Assembly: GCA_047947115.1 (NCBI GenBank)
Contig: CP170459.1
Span: forward strand, 4,512,001-4,576,000
Reading direction: 5' to 3'
DNA length: 64,000 nucleotides
From: Verrucomicrobiota bacterium
GTDB taxonomy: Bacteria > Verrucomicrobiota > Verrucomicrobiia > Limisphaerales > AAA164-E04
Part shown: positions 61,763 through 64,000 of the stretch, piece by piece
Layout: each line of letters opens with the position of its first letter
How positions within the stretch are numbered: the first letter of the stretch is position 1
Made by a program: the position numbers and the translations under genes
Notes under the pieces: model-generated
Seen by the model: only the letters and a program-made list of their open reading frames with translations
The model's database searches: none
Told to the model about the DNA's origin: nothing

Positions 61763-63352
61763 TTGACAGCCCTACCCGCATTCAAATCAAACCGTTTGCC
61801 TCCCCAGGGAAACCATGAAGCATTTCCGACTGTTCTCACAAATCTGAATCGACTGTGGGTATTAGCGCTTCTACTGATTTCCTGCATCATCAGAAATCCT
61901 TTAGTCTGGAGTCAGGAGCAAAATACAGAAGGTAATATCACCCGATTGTCTGCAGGCACGAGCACTGGGGCAGCCGACGGTGATGCTCTCCATAGAGATA
62001 TGTTGCCACTGGTCATGACTGCGTCCACCGGCAGCGGTTTGGATGTAGGCCAACAGCCTTACCAAGTCGGAGTTATTTCGGTACGCCCATCGTATATACA
62101 AATTCTTTCTAAACAACTCTCTCCTTTATATCTCCGCCCATCCGATATGATCGGAGCCACGTTTAATCCTACAAAAGCCTTCCGGTATGGTCCGGCTGCC
62201 TTGTCACAACCATTGACGGTTGATCCGGATGACATGGAAATCAGCACTTTGACATTGTTTACGTTCAGAGGATTTAATTTCAACAAACCTAGTATCGAGA
62301 TTGGACTTGATTACGACACCAACAGTAACAATACATTGGGCCAAAACTCCGCCTCAAGCATTGCCCAGCTGTCAACAATCCGAATCCCTTTTACTTACGG
62401 GACAGTTCCTGGAGATTCAGCTTTCCTCATGCGACTGGATTACAAGCCAACCTACCGATTGCTGTTGTCTGGACCTGGTGGCAATGAAATAAACCATGAC
62501 TTGATCTTTCAAGCTGGAAAAGATTTGGGGCGTTTTGCGTTTTCTTTAAACAACCAAGGCACACTTTCATCCATTCCAATTCGTGAGCTTGCCGGTCGCA
62601 ACCGTGTTTTTGCCAACCGGACAAATTTGAGATCAGCTTATGATATGACAGGAAAATCGTTCATTGTATCCGAACTTGGCCATTCATTTTCGACTCGCAC
62701 TGTAGAAGGTGCTGGTAACATTTCAAACTTATCAAAATCACCAACCATTGTAGTCGATGATTTTGAAATATTGTATAATTATCAATTACAACCTAAAATT
62801 CTCCTCATTCCGGAATTTGAGATATCGCGGACGCAAATAGCTAATTCGATTGTTTGGACAAAAGCTGTTGCCCTCAGATCGGGGTATTTTCCAACGCGAA
62901 AACTGGCTTTCACCCCTTTGGCGGGTATCCAATTCCGTGACGCAAAGGGATCTAGCACTGAAATATCAACTTATTATGGCATTGAAATGGATTATTTGGT
63001 GCGTCCGAGAACGGTACTTGAGTTGGACCTTAGATCCGAAGTTCGGCCAAGCTTTGTGGATGAAGGGATATTCCTACGGGAGAACTCGATTGAATTTGGA
63101 ATACAAGAAGCATTGCTTCTAAGGTGGCTTCTCGAACTCAGATTCAATTATACACTCAGGACCCAGGATAGCTCGATCGCGACATCCGTGATAGACCAAA
63201 CAGATATCGGGATGGAATTTACAGTAGGCTATATGTTAACAAGGTTGTCATATATTGATCTTTCCGTGAATCGCTATCAGTTGAAAGACAACATTACAGG
63301 TTTTCTCAGTACCCGCCTAAATGTGCAATTTTCATATAATCGTGCATTTTAA
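61763..63352 (+). CDS. Outer-membrane beta-barrel protein of the polysaccharide locus (start uncertain)
   Basis: Signal-like N-terminus, amphipathic strands, C-terminal YNRAF. Confidence 0.65.
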   Translation: MTALPAFKSNRLPPQGNHEAFPTVLTNLNRLWVLALLLISCIIRNPLVWSQEQNTEGNITRLSAGTSTGAADGDALHRDMLPLVMTASTGSGLDVGQQPYQVGVISVRPSYIQILSKQLSPLYLRPSDMIGATFNPTKAFRYGPAALSQPLTVDPDDMEISTLTLFTFRGFNFNKPSIEIGLDYDTNSNNTLGQNSASSIAQLSTIRIPFTYGTVPGDSAFLMRLDYKPTYRLLLSGPGGNEINHDLIFQAGKDLGRFAFSLNNQGTLSSIPIRELAGRNRVFANRTNLRSAYDMTGKSFIVSELGHSFSTRTVEGAGNISNLSKSPTIVVDDFEILYNYQLQPKILLIPEFEISRTQIANSIVWTKAVALRSGYFPTRKLAFTPLAGIQFRDAKGSSTEISTYYGIEMDYLVRPRTVLELDLRSEVRPSFVDEGIFLRENSIEFGIQEALLLRWLLELRFNYTLRTQDSSIATSVIDQTDIGMEFTVGYMLTRLSYIDLSVNRYQLKDNITGFLSTRLNVQFSYNRAF

Positions 63353-63591
63353 TGCGCATGCACCCAGGCGCAACATTGCTTTTGCAATGCATCTCTATCA
63401 AGAATATTCTGTTTTTGAGTTGTTTGAAAACGATTCTCACAAGCAAGAATTCAAAAGAAGTCGTATCTTAATAATTCATTTCCAGCCTATTACCAAGTTT
63501 CCAGGGCCAACACATAATTACAGAATTCGTAATGGCAAGCTAATTGCTCTAGGATCAGTTAAAGGTAGCAACAGATTTAACCGATCAAAGT

Positions 63592-64000
63592 ATGAGTCAT
63601 TGGAAACAAACTATTAACAATAAAGCGTCAATGGAAACAACATGCACATTTGGAAAAGTGGCTGTGGCTCTTTGCGCCGCATTATTTTTAACGTCTGGAG
63701 CCCATGCCGGTGAAGCACAACTCCCAACTCGAAAATTTGACTACACCCCAGTATCCCTGCTCTCCGAAGGGCAAGCCAATGAGTCCAACACCATTGAATC
63801 AAACGATAACGACGCAACTAAGCGCGAGCCCTATTACCTGCGCACCGGGGATCAATTACTCTTGGAACTGACTAATCCTGGCTATGCTTTTAAGAATGAG
63901 GTCGTTGTAGACAATCAAGGAACGGTCAATCTCAATTTGCTGGGTTGGGTGAATTTAGAACAAAATACGGTTGAACAGGCCGAAAAGAAGCTGAGAGAGG
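63592..64000 (+). CDS. Polysaccharide export (Wza/Poly_export) protein, truncated at the window end
   Basis: My translation (absent from the ORF track): YYLRTGDQL..VVVDNQGTVNLNLLGWV..TVEQAEKKL. Confidence 0.8.
   Translation, partial: MSHWKQTINNKASMETTCTFGKVAVALCAALFLTSGAHAGEAQLPTRKFDYTPVSLLSEGQANESNTIESNDNDATKREPYYLRTGDQLLLELTNPGYAFKNEVVVDNQGTVNLNLLGWVNLEQNTVEQAEKKLRE

Overview
Bacterial chromosomal window; gene content suggests a PVC-superphylum host such as Verrucomicrobiota, which is inference only. The main feature is a ~22.4 kb integrative, phage-satellite-like element (about 4438-26843) with all genes on the minus strand. In order it carries: tyrosine integrase, putative regulator, AlpA/Xis-like HTH, SSB-like protein, primase, helicase, iteron origin, then cargo, then a terminase-small-subunit-like HTH. 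Its att sequence is the 3' part of a tRNA-Thr(UGU), split across the two ends. It has not inserted in a tRNA gene but in a palindrome resembling the anticodon stem-loop inside a lamin-tail/CotH gene, which rejoins in frame if the element is removed. Cargo: (i) a SAM-I/IV-type riboswitch with promoter, terminator and antiterminator upstream of three tiny coupled ORFs; (ii) a HEAT-repeat + MoxR-like AAA + HEXXH/vWA operon; (iii) a complete type I-E CRISPR-Cas system with 40 repeats and 39 spacers. Outside the element: an RND transporter, a probable UGA-readthrough selenoprotein (deiodinase-like CxxU + DsbD-N-like + EF-hands), an NRAMP-like transporter, cobA/hemD, trpD, an M28 peptidase, and a large surface-polysaccharide cluster (rfbBACD, glycosyltransferases, Wzy-like, WecA-like, Wza-like) interrupted by an IS4-family element. 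All calls come from reading the sequence by eye; no database searches were run.
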